Below are positions 52,776-62,931 of a DNA stretch of 64,000 nt, piece after piece. How positions within the stretch are numbered: position 1 is the first letter of the stretch; the number at the start of each line of letters is the position of its first letter. The stretch is taken from NCBI GenBank assembly GCA_963841915.1, contig CAWJEN010000006.1, forward strand, positions 352,001 through 416,000, written 5' to 3'. Source of the stretch: an uncultured Planctomycetota bacterium (lineage in GTDB: Bacteria; Planctomycetota; Phycisphaerae; Tepidisphaerales; Tepidisphaeraceae). Position numbers and translations under genes: made by a program. Under the pieces are notes generated by a model that was not told the DNA's origin, did no database searches, and saw only the letters and a program-made list of their open reading frames with translations.

Positions 52776-55700
52776 CTACCTGCGGCGGCGTCCGAGCAGC
52801 ACGCCACCGGCGGCAAAGGCGGCCAGGGCCGTCGTCGGTTCCGGGACCGTTGCCGCCCAGGCGTCGGCCATGGCGAGCTGCGACGCCGAGACCATCGTGC
52901 CGAAGTTCGCCCGCAAGATGGCAAAGTCGAGGATGCTGACCGTGCCGTCCTGGTTAGCGTCGCCCTGCACGTAGCGGGTGCCGCTGCCGAACCCGCTCCG
53001 CAAGATGGCGAAGTCGAGGATGCTGACAATGCCGTCATAGTTGAAGTCGGCTTCGAGCAAGTTGTCGGCGATGATCGTGATCGAGTCGCTGCCCACGAGC
53101 GTGCTGAAGATCAGTCCGGCCCGGTTGGCATCCTGCACCGCGCTGAACGAGCCGCTGACGCTGTCGGCGACGATGACTTCGAACGCATCGCCCGGGTCGG
53201 GCAGGAAGCCGCCGCCGAGCCCGACGGCGATCGTGCCTTGGCCGGGCGTGTTGAAAGCACTGGGCAAGACGTTGAAGTCGCCGTCGACGCTGAGGATGTC
53301 GAAGGAGGTTTTGCCGAACAAGTCGACTTCGATGACGGCGTTGTCGACGGCGACCTGGCCGGCGATGATGTTGAGGGTTCCGGCGGCGGTGTTGGCCGAG
53401 TCACCGACGGCGATGGTGCCGCCGCGGGCGTCTAGGAATCCGTTGGAGCTGGGTCCGCTGAGGTCGAGCGTTCCGCCGCCGCCGAGGGTTCCGGTGTTGT
53501 TGAAGGTGGTTCCGGCGATGAAGCCGTTGCCGAAGTCGCTTCGGAAGTTGACGGTGCTGCCGCTGTCGACGAAGAAGGTGCCGGCGTTGTCGAACTCGAT
53601 GAAGTTGGGCGCGACCTGCGGGAGGGTGACGGTCAGATCCGTGCCGCCTCCGATGATGAAGGTGCCGCCGTTCTCGCGGAACTTGAAGCCGACGAGGTTG
53701 CCGGCACTGCTGGCGGCGTCGTCGAAGAGGTTGCTGATGACGTTGGGGCCCTGGATTTCGATGGTGGCCGACTCGTTGACTTCGAGGTCGAACGCCGGCG
53801 GGACGATGTTGAACGTGGTGCCGACACCGTTGTCGAAGACGCGGAAGGTGCCTCCGATGAGGCGATCGCTGCTGGCAACGCTGGCGTTGGTGAGGCTGGC
53901 GTTGTTGCGGTAGAGCAATTGCCCGCCATTGACGACTTCGATCGAGTTGTTGTTGAGGAACTCGCCGCCGCCGAAACCGTCGAAGACGAGGATGCCGCCG
54001 TCCTGGGCTCGGAGCACGCCGTTGTTGATGAACTCTGCCGCGCCACTGACGGAGGCGGGGTCGAGGACGAGTTCCTGTCCGGGGACGTCGGCGATGATGA
54101 AGCCGTCGTTGGTGATGCTGATGGCGTTGCGGCCGACGTTGCCCTGGCCGCGGATGGTGTTGCCGCTGTCGTTGAGGAGCGTGCCGCTGCCGTTGATACC
54201 GGCGGAGGGGCCGGCGAGGACGAGGTTTCCGCTGCCGGCGAACGTGGCGCTGGCTTGCACTTCGAGATCAGTTTGAGCGCCGGTGCCGTCGAGGGTGATG
54301 GTGCCGTCGTTGACGACGGTGCCGTCGATGCCCAGGTCGGTGTTGGTGCCGACGTTCATGACGCCGCTGAAGGTGAGGTCGGAGATGATGACGTTCTCGC
54401 CGCTGCCGACCACGACGCTGCCGCCGTTGGTGCTGCGGAGCGTGCCGCCTGCCAGGTTGGCGTTAGAGGTCAGCTGCACCTTCGAGCCGTTTCCGGTGGC
54501 TTCGATGAGCGCGCCGGTGTTGTCGAACTCGCCGCCGCCGAAGTTGGTGAAGGCAAGTGTGCCGCCGCTGCTGGCCCGCAGGGTGCCGTTGTTGTCGAAC
54601 TCGCGGGCACCACTGACCGAGGCCGGATCGAGCGTGAGCGTTTTGCCGTTGACGTTGGCATTGATGAGGCCGTTGTTCACGACGCTGATCGCGTTCTGAC
54701 CGAACCGGCCTTCGCCGCGGATGGTCATGCCGCTGGGAACCGTGAGCGTGCCCGACCCGTTGATGCCTGCCAAGGCGCCTTCGAGAATGATCGTGCCCGA
54801 GCCGGCGAGGGAGGCGGTGCTCTGCACCTCGAGGTCGGTCGCGTTTGCACCGGCCTGGATGCGGAGCGTCGAGCCGCTGGGCACGGTCACGGTTCCGTCG
54901 ATGCCGAAGTCGGCGTTGTTCTCAACAATGTGAGTGCCGGAGAGGGTCAGGTCGGTGACGAAGGTGTTGGAGCCTGCGGGCGTGCGGACGACGCCTCCCC
55001 CGGTGCCGCGAAGGGTGCCGTTGAAGACCCGGGCGTTGTCCAGGACGAGCTGCGAGCCGCTGCCGACGGCCTCGAAGACGCCGACGCTGCCGACGCCGGT
55101 TTCGGTGTTGGTGAACTCACCATTGCCGTTGTCGGTGAGTGTGACGCTGCCGCCGTTGACGGCACGGACCAGGCCCGTGTTGATGAACTCGGCGGCACCG
55201 CTGACGCTGTACGGGTCGAGGGTGAGGTTCTGGCCGTTGACGTCGCCGAGAATGGTGCCGCGGTTGGTGATGCCGACGGCGTTCTGTCCGAGGCGTCCTT
55301 GGCCGCCGATGGTGACGTTGTTGCCGACGGTGAGCACGCCGCCGCCGTTGATGCCGGCGAGCGATCCGTTGAGTCGGACGGTGCCGGAGCCGACGAGGTC
55401 GACGTTGCCCTGGAGCTCGAGGTCCGTCGCCGCGGCGCCGGCGTTGAGGTTGAGGACGGAGCCGGCGTCGAGGGTGATGGTCCCGCCGACGCCGTAGTCG
55501 GAGTTGTTGCCGACGACGTGGGTGCCCTGGTGGACGACGTTGGTGACGAAGACGTTTTCGCCGTCGCCCGTCCGAACGACGCCACCGCTGGTGCCGCGAA
55601 GCGTGCCGCCGGTGAGGTTCGCGCCGGCGGTCAGGACGATTTCGCTGCCCGCGCCGACGGCCTCCATGACACCGCTGCCCGTGCCGGTGCTGGTCGTATT

Positions 55701-56924
55701 GGCGAACTCGCCGCCGCCGTTGCCGGTGAGGGTGACGTTGCCAGCATTGCTGGCGCGGATGAGGCCGCTGTTGAAGAACTCGGCACCACCGACAACGCTG
55801 GACGGGTCGAGGACCAGGGTCTGGCCCGCGACGTCGCCGCGGATGGTGCCGAGGTTTTCGACCCGCAAGGCGTTCTGTCCGAGCAGGCCGCTGCCGCGGA
55901 CGGTGTGGCCCGAACCGATGGTGAGGACGCCGCCTCCGTTGATGCCTGCATCGACGAGGTTGACGGTGCCGTTGCCGGCGAGGGTGGTGTTGCCGAGCAA
56001 CTGCAGGTCGGCCCGTGCGCCGCCGGTGGAGTCGATCGTGATCGAGCCGCCGTTGTCGACGGTGCCGACCACACGCAGGTCGGAGCTGTTGCGGGCGACC
56101 ATGCTGCCGGTGTTGGCGAAGTCGCGGAGCGTTGCGACGGAACCGGCCTCGACCTCGACGACGCCGCTTCCGGTGGTGGTGTAGGTGCCGCCGGTGACGT
56201 CGGCACTGCCCGTCAGTCTGACGATGCCGTTGTTGGCGCGAATGGTCCCGCCGACGCTGTCGAACTCGCCGCCTCCGGCGCCGGTCAAGACGAGGATGCT
56301 GCCGGTGCCGTTGGCGAAGAGGGTGCCCGTGTTGAAGAACTCGGCCCCGCCGACGACGCTGGCCGGGTCGAGCACGAGGGTGCCGCCCTGAGCACGGATG
56401 GTGCCTTGGTTGTCGAAGCGGATCGTGTTGGTGCCGACAAAGCCGGTGCCGGTGATGAGGTTGTCGACATTGGTGACGATGCCGCCCCCGTCGAGGGTGC
56501 CATCGGTGAGATTGATCGTGCCGCCGCCGGAGATGTTTCCGCCGCCGATCATGCGGAGACGCGTCGAGTTGCCGGTCGAGACGACGTTGAGCGTGCCGCT
56601 GTTGAAGAGGTTGCGGTTGACTTCGAGGAACGAGTTGTTCGAGACGAAGACGTCGGAGGCACTGCCGATCGTCAGGTCCCGAACATCGCGAGTAACGCCT
56701 GGCTCAACGGTGACGTCGACGTTGCCGTTGATGACAGCGTCGACAGTCGTGGCGTTGGGGAAGACGCCGCCCGTCCAGTTGCCGTTGACGGACCAGTTGC
56801 CGGCGACAGGGCCGGTGTAGGTAACTTGTGCGCTGGCCACCGAGGCAACGAGCGGAACGGCCGCGATGGCTGCCAGGATGCGGGCACGGCGGCAGGACGG
56901 GGAAGTGGGGGCGAGGCGGGGCAT
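52776..56924 (-). CDS. Large secreted beta-helix repeat protein with dockerin-like domain and PEP-CTERM anchor
   Basis: Signal (..VASA-Q), five LxLDPxSVxGxxEFxN repeats, duplicated DxNxDGxVSILDFAILR, VPEPTTALAAFAAGGVLLGRRRR; GGAG RBS before ATG 56924. Confidence 0.9.
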   Translation of the reverse strand: MPRLAPTSPSCRRARILAAIAAVPLVASVASAQVTYTGPVAGNWSVNGNWTGGVFPNATTVDAVINGNVDVTVEPGVTRDVRDLTIGSASDVFVSNNSFLEVNRNLFNSGTLNVVSTGNSTRLRMIGGGNISGGGTINLTDGTLDGGGIVTNVDNLITGTGFVGTNTIRFDNQGTIRAQGGTLVLDPASVVGGAEFFNTGTLFANGTGSILVLTGAGGGEFDSVGGTIRANNGIVRLTGSADVTGGTYTTTGSGVVEVEAGSVATLRDFANTGSMVARNSSDLRVVGTVDNGGSITIDSTGGARADLQLLGNTTLAGNGTVNLVDAGINGGGVLTIGSGHTVRGSGLLGQNALRVENLGTIRGDVAGQTLVLDPSSVVGGAEFFNSGLIRASNAGNVTLTGNGGGEFANTTSTGTGSGVMEAVGAGSEIVLTAGANLTGGTLRGTSGGVVRTGDGENVFVTNVVHQGTHVVGNNSDYGVGGTITLDAGSVLNLNAGAAATDLELQGNVDLVGSGTVRLNGSLAGINGGGVLTVGNNVTIGGQGRLGQNAVGITNRGTILGDVNGQNLTLDPYSVSGAAEFINTGLVRAVNGGSVTLTDNGNGEFTNTETGVGSVGVFEAVGSGSQLVLDNARVFNGTLRGTGGGVVRTPAGSNTFVTDLTLSGTHIVENNADFGIDGTVTVPSGSTLRIQAGANATDLEVQSTASLAGSGTIILEGALAGINGSGTLTVPSGMTIRGEGRFGQNAISVVNNGLINANVNGKTLTLDPASVSGAREFDNNGTLRASSGGTLAFTNFGGGEFDNTGALIEATGNGSKVQLTSNANLAGGTLRSTNGGSVVVGSGENVIISDLTFSGVMNVGTNTDLGIDGTVVNDGTITLDGTGAQTDLEVQASATFAGSGNLVLAGPSAGINGSGTLLNDSGNTIRGQGNVGRNAISITNDGFIIADVPGQELVLDPASVSGAAEFINNGVLRAQDGGILVFDGFGGGEFLNNNSIEVVNGGQLLYRNNASLTNASVASSDRLIGGTFRVFDNGVGTTFNIVPPAFDLEVNESATIEIQGPNVISNLFDDAASSAGNLVGFKFRENGGTFIIGGGTDLTVTLPQVAPNFIEFDNAGTFFVDSGSTVNFRSDFGNGFIAGTTFNNTGTLGGGGTLDLSGPSSNGFLDARGGTIAVGDSANTAAGTLNIIAGQVAVDNAVIEVDLFGKTSFDILSVDGDFNVLPSAFNTPGQGTIAVGLGGGFLPDPGDAFEVIVADSVSGSFSAVQDANRAGLIFSTLVGSDSITIIADNLLEADFNYDGIVSILDFAILRSGFGSGTRYVQGDANQDGTVSILDFAILRANFGTMVSASQLAMADAWAATVPEPTTALAAFAAGGVLLGRRRR

Positions 56925-57161
56925 GTTCAACTCCAGGGTTAGATTTTGGACGGCGAAGGGTCCGATACCGGCGGATCCGATAGTAACAGCAAATTGCTTC
57001 AACAACAGCATCAACGGCCTGCTATGGCGGATTGCTGCGTCTATTGAGCCGGCGCGGATCGGATGACTGGCGTAGAACGCATGATCCGTCGCGACCCCGG
57101 TCGGCCTGACGCAGACCGTTGTGTTGGCCGGGGCAACTTCATGTGCGACAATCCCGGCGAC

Positions 57162-57743
57162 ATGGGGCCATCGGCTGACGGAAAATTTTCAAGTCGGGCT
57201 CAAGGCGGACCTACGCCTCAGTTCTTCGATGCCGTCTACGAACAGCTCCGCTCGCTCGCCGGTCGGCAGATGAGCCACGAGCGGCCGGACCTGACGCTCC
57301 AAACCACCGCCCTTGTTCACGAGGCGTATCTGCGGCTCATGAAAGAGCCTGACGTGCAGTGGGACAGCCCGCGGCACTTCTTCGGAGCGGCCGCAGAAGC
57401 GATGCGCCGGATCTTGATCGAACGCGCCCGTCGCTACGCCGCCGTCAAGCACGGCGGCGGTCGCAGGCGACTCGGCCTTGAAGTCGCCGACGGCCCGGGC
57501 GGACGCAGCGTGCAACCCGAAGACGGCGACGACGCGGCAGCACTACTCGAACTTGACGACGCGCTGATCGAACTCAAAGGCCGCGACGAGCGTCTCGGTG
57601 AGATCGTCATGCTCCGCTACTTCGCCGGGCTGAGCGTGGACGAAACCGCCGCTGCTGTCGGTAGCTCGCCGCGGACGGTGAAACGCGATTGGGCCTTTGC
57701 CCGGGCGTGGCTCGTGCGGCGACTTGATGGTGATTCTCCCTAA
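57162..57743 (+). CDS. ECF-type RNA polymerase sigma factor (kinase-associated, TIGR02999-like)
   Basis: VYEQLRSLA, TLQTTALVHEAYLRL, HFFGAAAEAMRRILIE, LRYFAGLS, TVKRDWAFARAWL. Confidence 0.93.
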   Translation: MGPSADGKFSSRAQGGPTPQFFDAVYEQLRSLAGRQMSHERPDLTLQTTALVHEAYLRLMKEPDVQWDSPRHFFGAAAEAMRRILIERARRYAAVKHGGGRRRLGLEVADGPGGRSVQPEDGDDAAALLELDDALIELKGRDERLGEIVMLRYFAGLSVDETAAAVGSSPRTVKRDWAFARAWLVRRLDGDSP

Positions 57744-57817
57744 GAATTCAGAGTCTTCCGCTTCGTCGCGTGTCCTCTGACCCGCACCCGGACCCAATCT
57801 CGCATAGCGGGTATCCG

Positions 57818-60682
57818 ATGGACCCACACGCTGACACAACGCAAGACGCCTGGCAACGACTCAAGACCGTCGTAGGTGATGCGCTCGATCTGCCGAAGGA
57901 CGCGCGGGAGGCTTACGTCCGTGACCGTCTGGCGGGCGACGAATCACTAACGGCCGAAGCACTTGGCCTTATCACGGGCGACACCGGTGACGAAGCTCCG
58001 GCTGTCCTGCACCGACAGGCGGATGCTTTCCTCGGCATGGGCGGGCCCGACCCGAGCGGTCTGGCGGGTCACACCCTCGGGCACGGCAAGTACCGGCTCG
58101 AACGCCTCATCGGCGAAGGGGCCATGTCGGCTGTCTACCTCGCCCGGCAGGAGGGCGTCGAACGACCCGTCGCTATAAAAGCCATGCGGCCGCGCGCCCT
58201 TGGCTACGACGCCAAGCGACGCTTTGCCCGAGAAGTCGAAGCCCTCGGCCGCCTCGAACATGCGGGAATTGCGGGCATTCTCGAAGCGGGCGTCGAGGAC
58301 GAAACGCCCTGGCTTGCGATGGAGCACGTCGACGGCCCGACGCTGATCGACTTCGCGCAAACGCGACAGCTGGCAGTGCGAGGCCGCATCGAGCTGCTGG
58401 CCAAGGTCGCGGACGCCGTCCACGCGGCTCACCAGCGGGGCGTCGTCCACCGCGACCTCAAGCCGGCCAACGTTCTCGTAGATGGCAGCGGGCAACCGAA
58501 GGTGCTCGACTTCGGCATTGCCCGCGTGCTCGACGAAGCCAATGAGCGTGACGGCGCGGGCGACATCGCCCACACAACCACGGGCATGCTGATGGGGACG
58601 CTGGGCTACATGGCCCCCGAGCAAGCCCGCGGCAACGGGGCGGCGGTCGACGTGCGCGGCGACGTCTACGCGCTGGGCGTGATGCTCCACGAGCTTGTAA
58701 CGGGTCGTCTGCCCGTACCGGTCGATGGATTGCCGGTGACGGAGGCGTTGCGGCGACTTTCCGACCCGGACATCACGCCACGCTCGATCGGGACGATCCA
58801 CGACGACCCGACGGGCGGCGATCTTGCGATCGTGGCGGCGCGGGCGTTGTCGTCGGAGCCGGCACGTCGCTACCCGTCGGCCGAGGCGATGGCGGACGAT
58901 TTGCGTCGTTTGCTGAAGCACGAGCAGATTCGGGCCCGTCCGCCGACGCTGCTGTACGCCGCTCGCAAGTTCACAAGGCGTCACCGTACCGGTGCCGCGG
59001 CGGCGTCTTTGATCCTCGCCGCCTTGCTCCTCGGTGGCACGGCAGCGACGTTCGGATTTGTCCGGGAGGCCCAGGCACGCGAAACGGCAGAAGCCGCACT
59101 GGCGTCGGCCAATCAGGCATTGGCCTTTGCCGAGCAGCAGCACCAGCGCCAGGAAGCGGCTCGTCGGTTTCTGTCGCGCATTCTGGAGCAGGCCGATCCG
59201 TCGTACGGCGGCGCCAACGTCACCGTGCTCGGCGCGCTGCGGCTGGCGGAGCCACTGATCCCCGCCTTTGCCAGCAATCGACCGATGATTGAGTCGGATC
59301 TGCGGCTTGATCTTGCAAGAGCCTTACGTGGTGCCGGTGCATATGAGGAAGCGGTCCAGCAGTACGAACTGGCCGAGGCGGCGGCGATGAGGGTGGTCGG
59401 CGAGGCGGCATGGGCTCCGATCGAGACGGCTACGGAGCGTGCGTCTCTCCTGGCCGATGCCGGCGATGCAGAGGCAGGCCGCCAGACGCTCGAGACTGCC
59501 CGTGCCGCCTGGGAACAACTGACCGAGGACGAACGAGGCCCGTACGCCGAGCGGGTGCTGGTGCAGTTCGATGCCACCGAAGCCGATGTGCTGTTTTCGG
59601 AGGGTCAATGGCTGATGGCGGCGGAGCTGTGGGACGAGTTGCTGCCGCGCGTCGACGCGGTCGCCGCCGAGCCGGTGTCAGCCGGTCAGACAACTGCCAT
59701 GGAGAAGCTCACGGCGGACGAGGCTGATCGGTATCGTGCCAATGCTGCCATCGTCTATGCCAACGTCGGGCGGTACACAGAGGCAGCTTCATTACATGGA
59801 CGCGTCCTGGAGGCAGTCGAAAGACAGCTGGGGTCGAACGCTCCATCGCTTGTTGTGGCGCGGATCAACCTTGCGACTTCATTGACGGAGTTGGGCGAGC
59901 TGGACGAAGCGTTGCAGCAGGCCCGACGAGCCGAGGCCGACTCCGAGCGGCTGATCGGTATGCAGTCGCCGCAGTACCGCTCTGCCCGACGTGCCGTCGC
60001 GTCGGTGCTGGGTAAGCGACATGGCGTGCCAGAGGCACTGCGTGAGTCGGCGGAAATCTATGGCGACGTCGCCGAGGCCGAGGCGGCGGCGGTCGCCGAT
60101 GGCACCGGGGATGCAATGCTCGTCATCCTCAGCCGCAACAACGCCGCAGCCACACTGGCCACGCTCGGCGACTTCGAGGCGGCGGCATTGGCGTATGAGC
60201 AGGTCCTCGAACCGCTGCGAGACCTTGTCGACGAAACGCACCCGATGATGCTCACGGTCCGTGCGAACCTCGCCCAAATGCTCGAACAGAGCGGGCAGAC
60301 CGACGAAGCCATCCGCGAGCTCGTAGAGGTGCTGCGACTGCAAAGCGAGGTACTGGGGGCGACGAGCGACTCGACCCTCATCACGCGAAACAACCTGGCC
60401 ATGATTTGTCTCAAGGCCGGCGATGCCGACCGGGCCGAGTCCGAACTGGCCGCGTGCCTGAGCATCGCCGAAGCGGCGGGATACGGCTCAATTATCCCTA
60501 TCCTGAGGCGAAACTACGGCCGGGCGTTGACCGGGGCAGGCAAGCACGATGAGGCGATCACGCAGCTGACACGCGCCGCCGAAGAGGCACAACCGCTCGG
60601 CCCGGCGGCCGTCGAGCGAACCACCATGTTCCTTCGCGAGGCCGAAGACGCCGCCCGACCTGCCACACGACCTGCCCCGTAG
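57818..60682 (+). CDS. Membrane Ser/Thr protein kinase with extracytoplasmic TPR repeats
   Basis: IGEGAMSAVY, VAIK, HRDLKPAN, DFGIA, GTLGYMAPE, DVYALG; TM helix then TPR-like NNLA repeats. Confidence 0.95.
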   Translation: MDPHADTTQDAWQRLKTVVGDALDLPKDAREAYVRDRLAGDESLTAEALGLITGDTGDEAPAVLHRQADAFLGMGGPDPSGLAGHTLGHGKYRLERLIGEGAMSAVYLARQEGVERPVAIKAMRPRALGYDAKRRFAREVEALGRLEHAGIAGILEAGVEDETPWLAMEHVDGPTLIDFAQTRQLAVRGRIELLAKVADAVHAAHQRGVVHRDLKPANVLVDGSGQPKVLDFGIARVLDEANERDGAGDIAHTTTGMLMGTLGYMAPEQARGNGAAVDVRGDVYALGVMLHELVTGRLPVPVDGLPVTEALRRLSDPDITPRSIGTIHDDPTGGDLAIVAARALSSEPARRYPSAEAMADDLRRLLKHEQIRARPPTLLYAARKFTRRHRTGAAAASLILAALLLGGTAATFGFVREAQARETAEAALASANQALAFAEQQHQRQEAARRFLSRILEQADPSYGGANVTVLGALRLAEPLIPAFASNRPMIESDLRLDLARALRGAGAYEEAVQQYELAEAAAMRVVGEAAWAPIETATERASLLADAGDAEAGRQTLETARAAWEQLTEDERGPYAERVLVQFDATEADVLFSEGQWLMAAELWDELLPRVDAVAAEPVSAGQTTAMEKLTADEADRYRANAAIVYANVGRYTEAASLHGRVLEAVERQLGSNAPSLVVARINLATSLTELGELDEALQQARRAEADSERLIGMQSPQYRSARRAVASVLGKRHGVPEALRESAEIYGDVAEAEAAAVADGTGDAMLVILSRNNAAATLATLGDFEAAALAYEQVLEPLRDLVDETHPMMLTVRANLAQMLEQSGQTDEAIRELVEVLRLQSEVLGATSDSTLITRNNLAMICLKAGDADRAESELAACLSIAEAAGYGSIIPILRRNYGRALTGAGKHDEAITQLTRAAEEAQPLGPAAVERTTMFLREAEDAARPATRPAP

Positions 60683-60692
60683 TCGCTGTGCC

Positions 60693-62132
60693 TCACGACA
60701 CCATCAGCAAGGTGGCGCTCGAGGTCGCAACGAGCACGATGCCGATCTTCGTCAGCAGTACCCGTCGCTCGAACCGCTTCGTGTTGGCCGGATCGGTCGC
60801 GAGCCATTGCAGGTAGCCGACCCTTCGCTCAGGCGAGCCGTGCAGCGCGTGGGCGAGCTGACCGCGGGCGGACCAGAGGCGAGCGACCATGGAGGCGTCG
60901 TCTGCGAGAAGGGCAGGCGTGGGCGAGCCGTTGAGCCCGATGGCCGCCCGGAGGGCCTCGCCGAAAGCCCATGCGCCGGTCGGGCCGACGTGTCTGCCGG
61001 TGTCGCCGATGAGGCGGGCGGCGTAGACGTCTGCCTGTCGCTCGAAGAGTCGGCTCAGCAGCACGAAGCCCGCCAACACCCCCGCCAGCAACGTGAGCAT
61101 GACGATGTTGTCGAGCCACGCCATGTGCGAACCGGCCGGGACGAGCTGGTCGTAGACCCACCCGACGGGCCCGGCGACGGCCAGCCCGCTGGCGGCGAAG
61201 AAGCCGATGAACCAGACCACGTGCCGGTGCTTGAGGTGCCCCAACTCGTGACCCAGCACCGCCTCGAGCTGCCACACCGGAAGCGCCCGCAGCATGAGGT
61301 CGCTCAGCAGCACGAACCGCATTCGTGGCAGCACGCCCACCGCCAGCGCGTTGGCGACCGAGTGGTCGGTGTGCCAGGCACGCAGTAACGACGGGTTCCG
61401 CAGCCCCGCCCGCCGAACCAACTCGTGCAGACGTGACGCTGGTCCTTCTGCATTCGCAATCGGCACAGTCGGCAGGATACGGCTCACCAGAATCGGCGCG
61501 ACCGTCAAGGCCGACAGCAGACCCACGCTCGTCAAGACGAGCGATGTCACTTCTGCCGACAGCGACACGCCAGCAACGCCTAGGCCCCAAGCGGCGATGT
61601 CTTTGACAATCCAGAAGACGATGAGCGGCGCGAGCGTCAGCAGCAGGTGCGACCGCAGGATCTCGAGCCACCATCGCCCGAGCCTCGGGAGCGGTGGCGG
61701 CTCTTCACGCCCGACGTCGATCGCGTACTGGCGGCGAATCTGCCCACGCCGACGCACCGCCGGCCAGTCGGTGGCAAGCAGAATCGCCCAGCCCAGGTAT
61801 GCCGGCGACGTCCCGAGCAGCAGGCCAAGCGTCGCGTCACCGTCACCGATCACGCTTGTGACAACATCAGGCCAGCCTACGGAAAAGACGCACGTCCCGA
61901 ACCATCCGACCAGTGTCGGCAGCGCCATCGTGCGTGTCATGAGCAACCCGCGATGCACGCGCCTGCCACGCTCGAGCTGACGGACGGCAAGTAAGCTGGC
62001 GTACCAGGTGATGAGGGGGACAGCCACGCACCCGCCGAACGTGAGCAAGGTCGCGGCGACCGGCCATGCCGCGTCGTCGTCGGGACGCAGCAACCAGATC
62101 AGCAGGGGAATCAGAACAAGCAGCCGCGGCAC
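60693..62132 (-). CDS. M48 family membrane zinc metalloprotease
   Basis: ANALAVG, VLGHELGH (HExxH), SRLFERQAD, HGSPERR; many TM helices. Confidence 0.9.
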   Translation of the reverse strand: MPRLLVLIPLLIWLLRPDDDAAWPVAATLLTFGGCVAVPLITWYASLLAVRQLERGRRVHRGLLMTRTMALPTLVGWFGTCVFSVGWPDVVTSVIGDGDATLGLLLGTSPAYLGWAILLATDWPAVRRRGQIRRQYAIDVGREEPPPLPRLGRWWLEILRSHLLLTLAPLIVFWIVKDIAAWGLGVAGVSLSAEVTSLVLTSVGLLSALTVAPILVSRILPTVPIANAEGPASRLHELVRRAGLRNPSLLRAWHTDHSVANALAVGVLPRMRFVLLSDLMLRALPVWQLEAVLGHELGHLKHRHVVWFIGFFAASGLAVAGPVGWVYDQLVPAGSHMAWLDNIVMLTLLAGVLAGFVLLSRLFERQADVYAARLIGDTGRHVGPTGAWAFGEALRAAIGLNGSPTPALLADDASMVARLWSARGQLAHALHGSPERRVGYLQWLATDPANTKRFERRVLLTKIGIVLVATSSATLLMVS

Positions 62133-62232
62133 GACGCCCGACGGTACGGGAGGCGACGTGCCGACGCCTCAGCGTTGCGCCGCGGCGGCCAAATGGGGCG
62201 GTGGCCGGTGGCGAGGGGTCGGCCGGAGCACA

Positions 62233-62248
62233 TGTTCCACGTGGAACA
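62233..62248. promoter_or_regulatory. Chromosomal parS site (copy 1)
   Basis: Perfect palindrome TGTTCCACGTGGAACA, matching the parS consensus TGTTNCACGTGNAACA. Confidence 0.88.
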
Positions 62249-62298
62249 TTCGCCGACGTCGCTCAGCGCACGCGGCGGGGGTTATCTCTGGTCGACGA

Positions 62299-62314
62299 TG
62301 TTCCACGTGGAACA
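62299..62314. promoter_or_regulatory. Chromosomal parS site (copy 2)
   Basis: Identical TGTTCCACGTGGAACA starting 66 bp after copy 1, intergenic. Confidence 0.88.
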
Positions 62315-62541
62315 ATGGCCTCCAAAGAGTGCGTCGGCGGGTCGTGCGCGGTCAAGGATTTCGGCGTCGGCCGTACGGGCAAACCGTATCACTCCTCAAG
62401 AACTTTCAGACGCGGGTGCGGCATGGTGGTGAAGATTGACACGTGCGCCATGGCGGCCGCCCCTGCGCAAGCTTGGCCATCAACGCAAGACGCCGCGAGC
62501 ACTCGGCTCGCGGCGTTTGCTGTATCGCGATGCAACCGACT

Positions 62542-62772
62542 TCAGTCACCAAAGACCGAGCGGGCGAGCTTGTTGTAGATGCCCAGGGCGACGAAGGTCG
62601 GAGCCCACTGGCCGACGAACAGGGCGTCGCGGTCGCGGCCCATGAGCTTGAGCGTCAGGGCGGCGGCGATGGAGCCACCGGCGAGCCACATGAACGTGTC
62701 TGACGGAACCTTGCTCGTGACGTCTTCGATGATGTGGGCGGCGTCGGTGTCGTTGCGGGTGATCGTGCGCAT
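62542..62772 (-). CDS. Small conserved hypothetical membrane protein
   Basis: IEDVTSKVPSDTFMWLAGGSI...LFVGQWAPTFVALGIYNKL; AAGGA RBS. Confidence 0.8.
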   Translation of the reverse strand: MRTITRNDTDAAHIIEDVTSKVPSDTFMWLAGGSIAAALTLKLMGRDRDALFVGQWAPTFVALGIYNKLARSVFGD

Positions 62773-62931
62773 GATGTCTGTCCTTAAAGAAATAGCTGCG
62801 AGAGCGGGTGACGTGTTCTAAGTTGAGGTCGCGTAACAACGCGACATTCCCATGCCGTTGTAGCCGCCGAGCCTTCATCTGTGATCCCTCATTTTCTGAC
62901 CCCTCCTGCGGCGACCTCTTCGACGTTTGCG

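Noticed and set aside
53919..56942. 1007-aa plus-strand ORF
   Set aside because: Antisense shadow of the PEP-CTERM gene, caused by high-GC codon bias; no motifs of its own.
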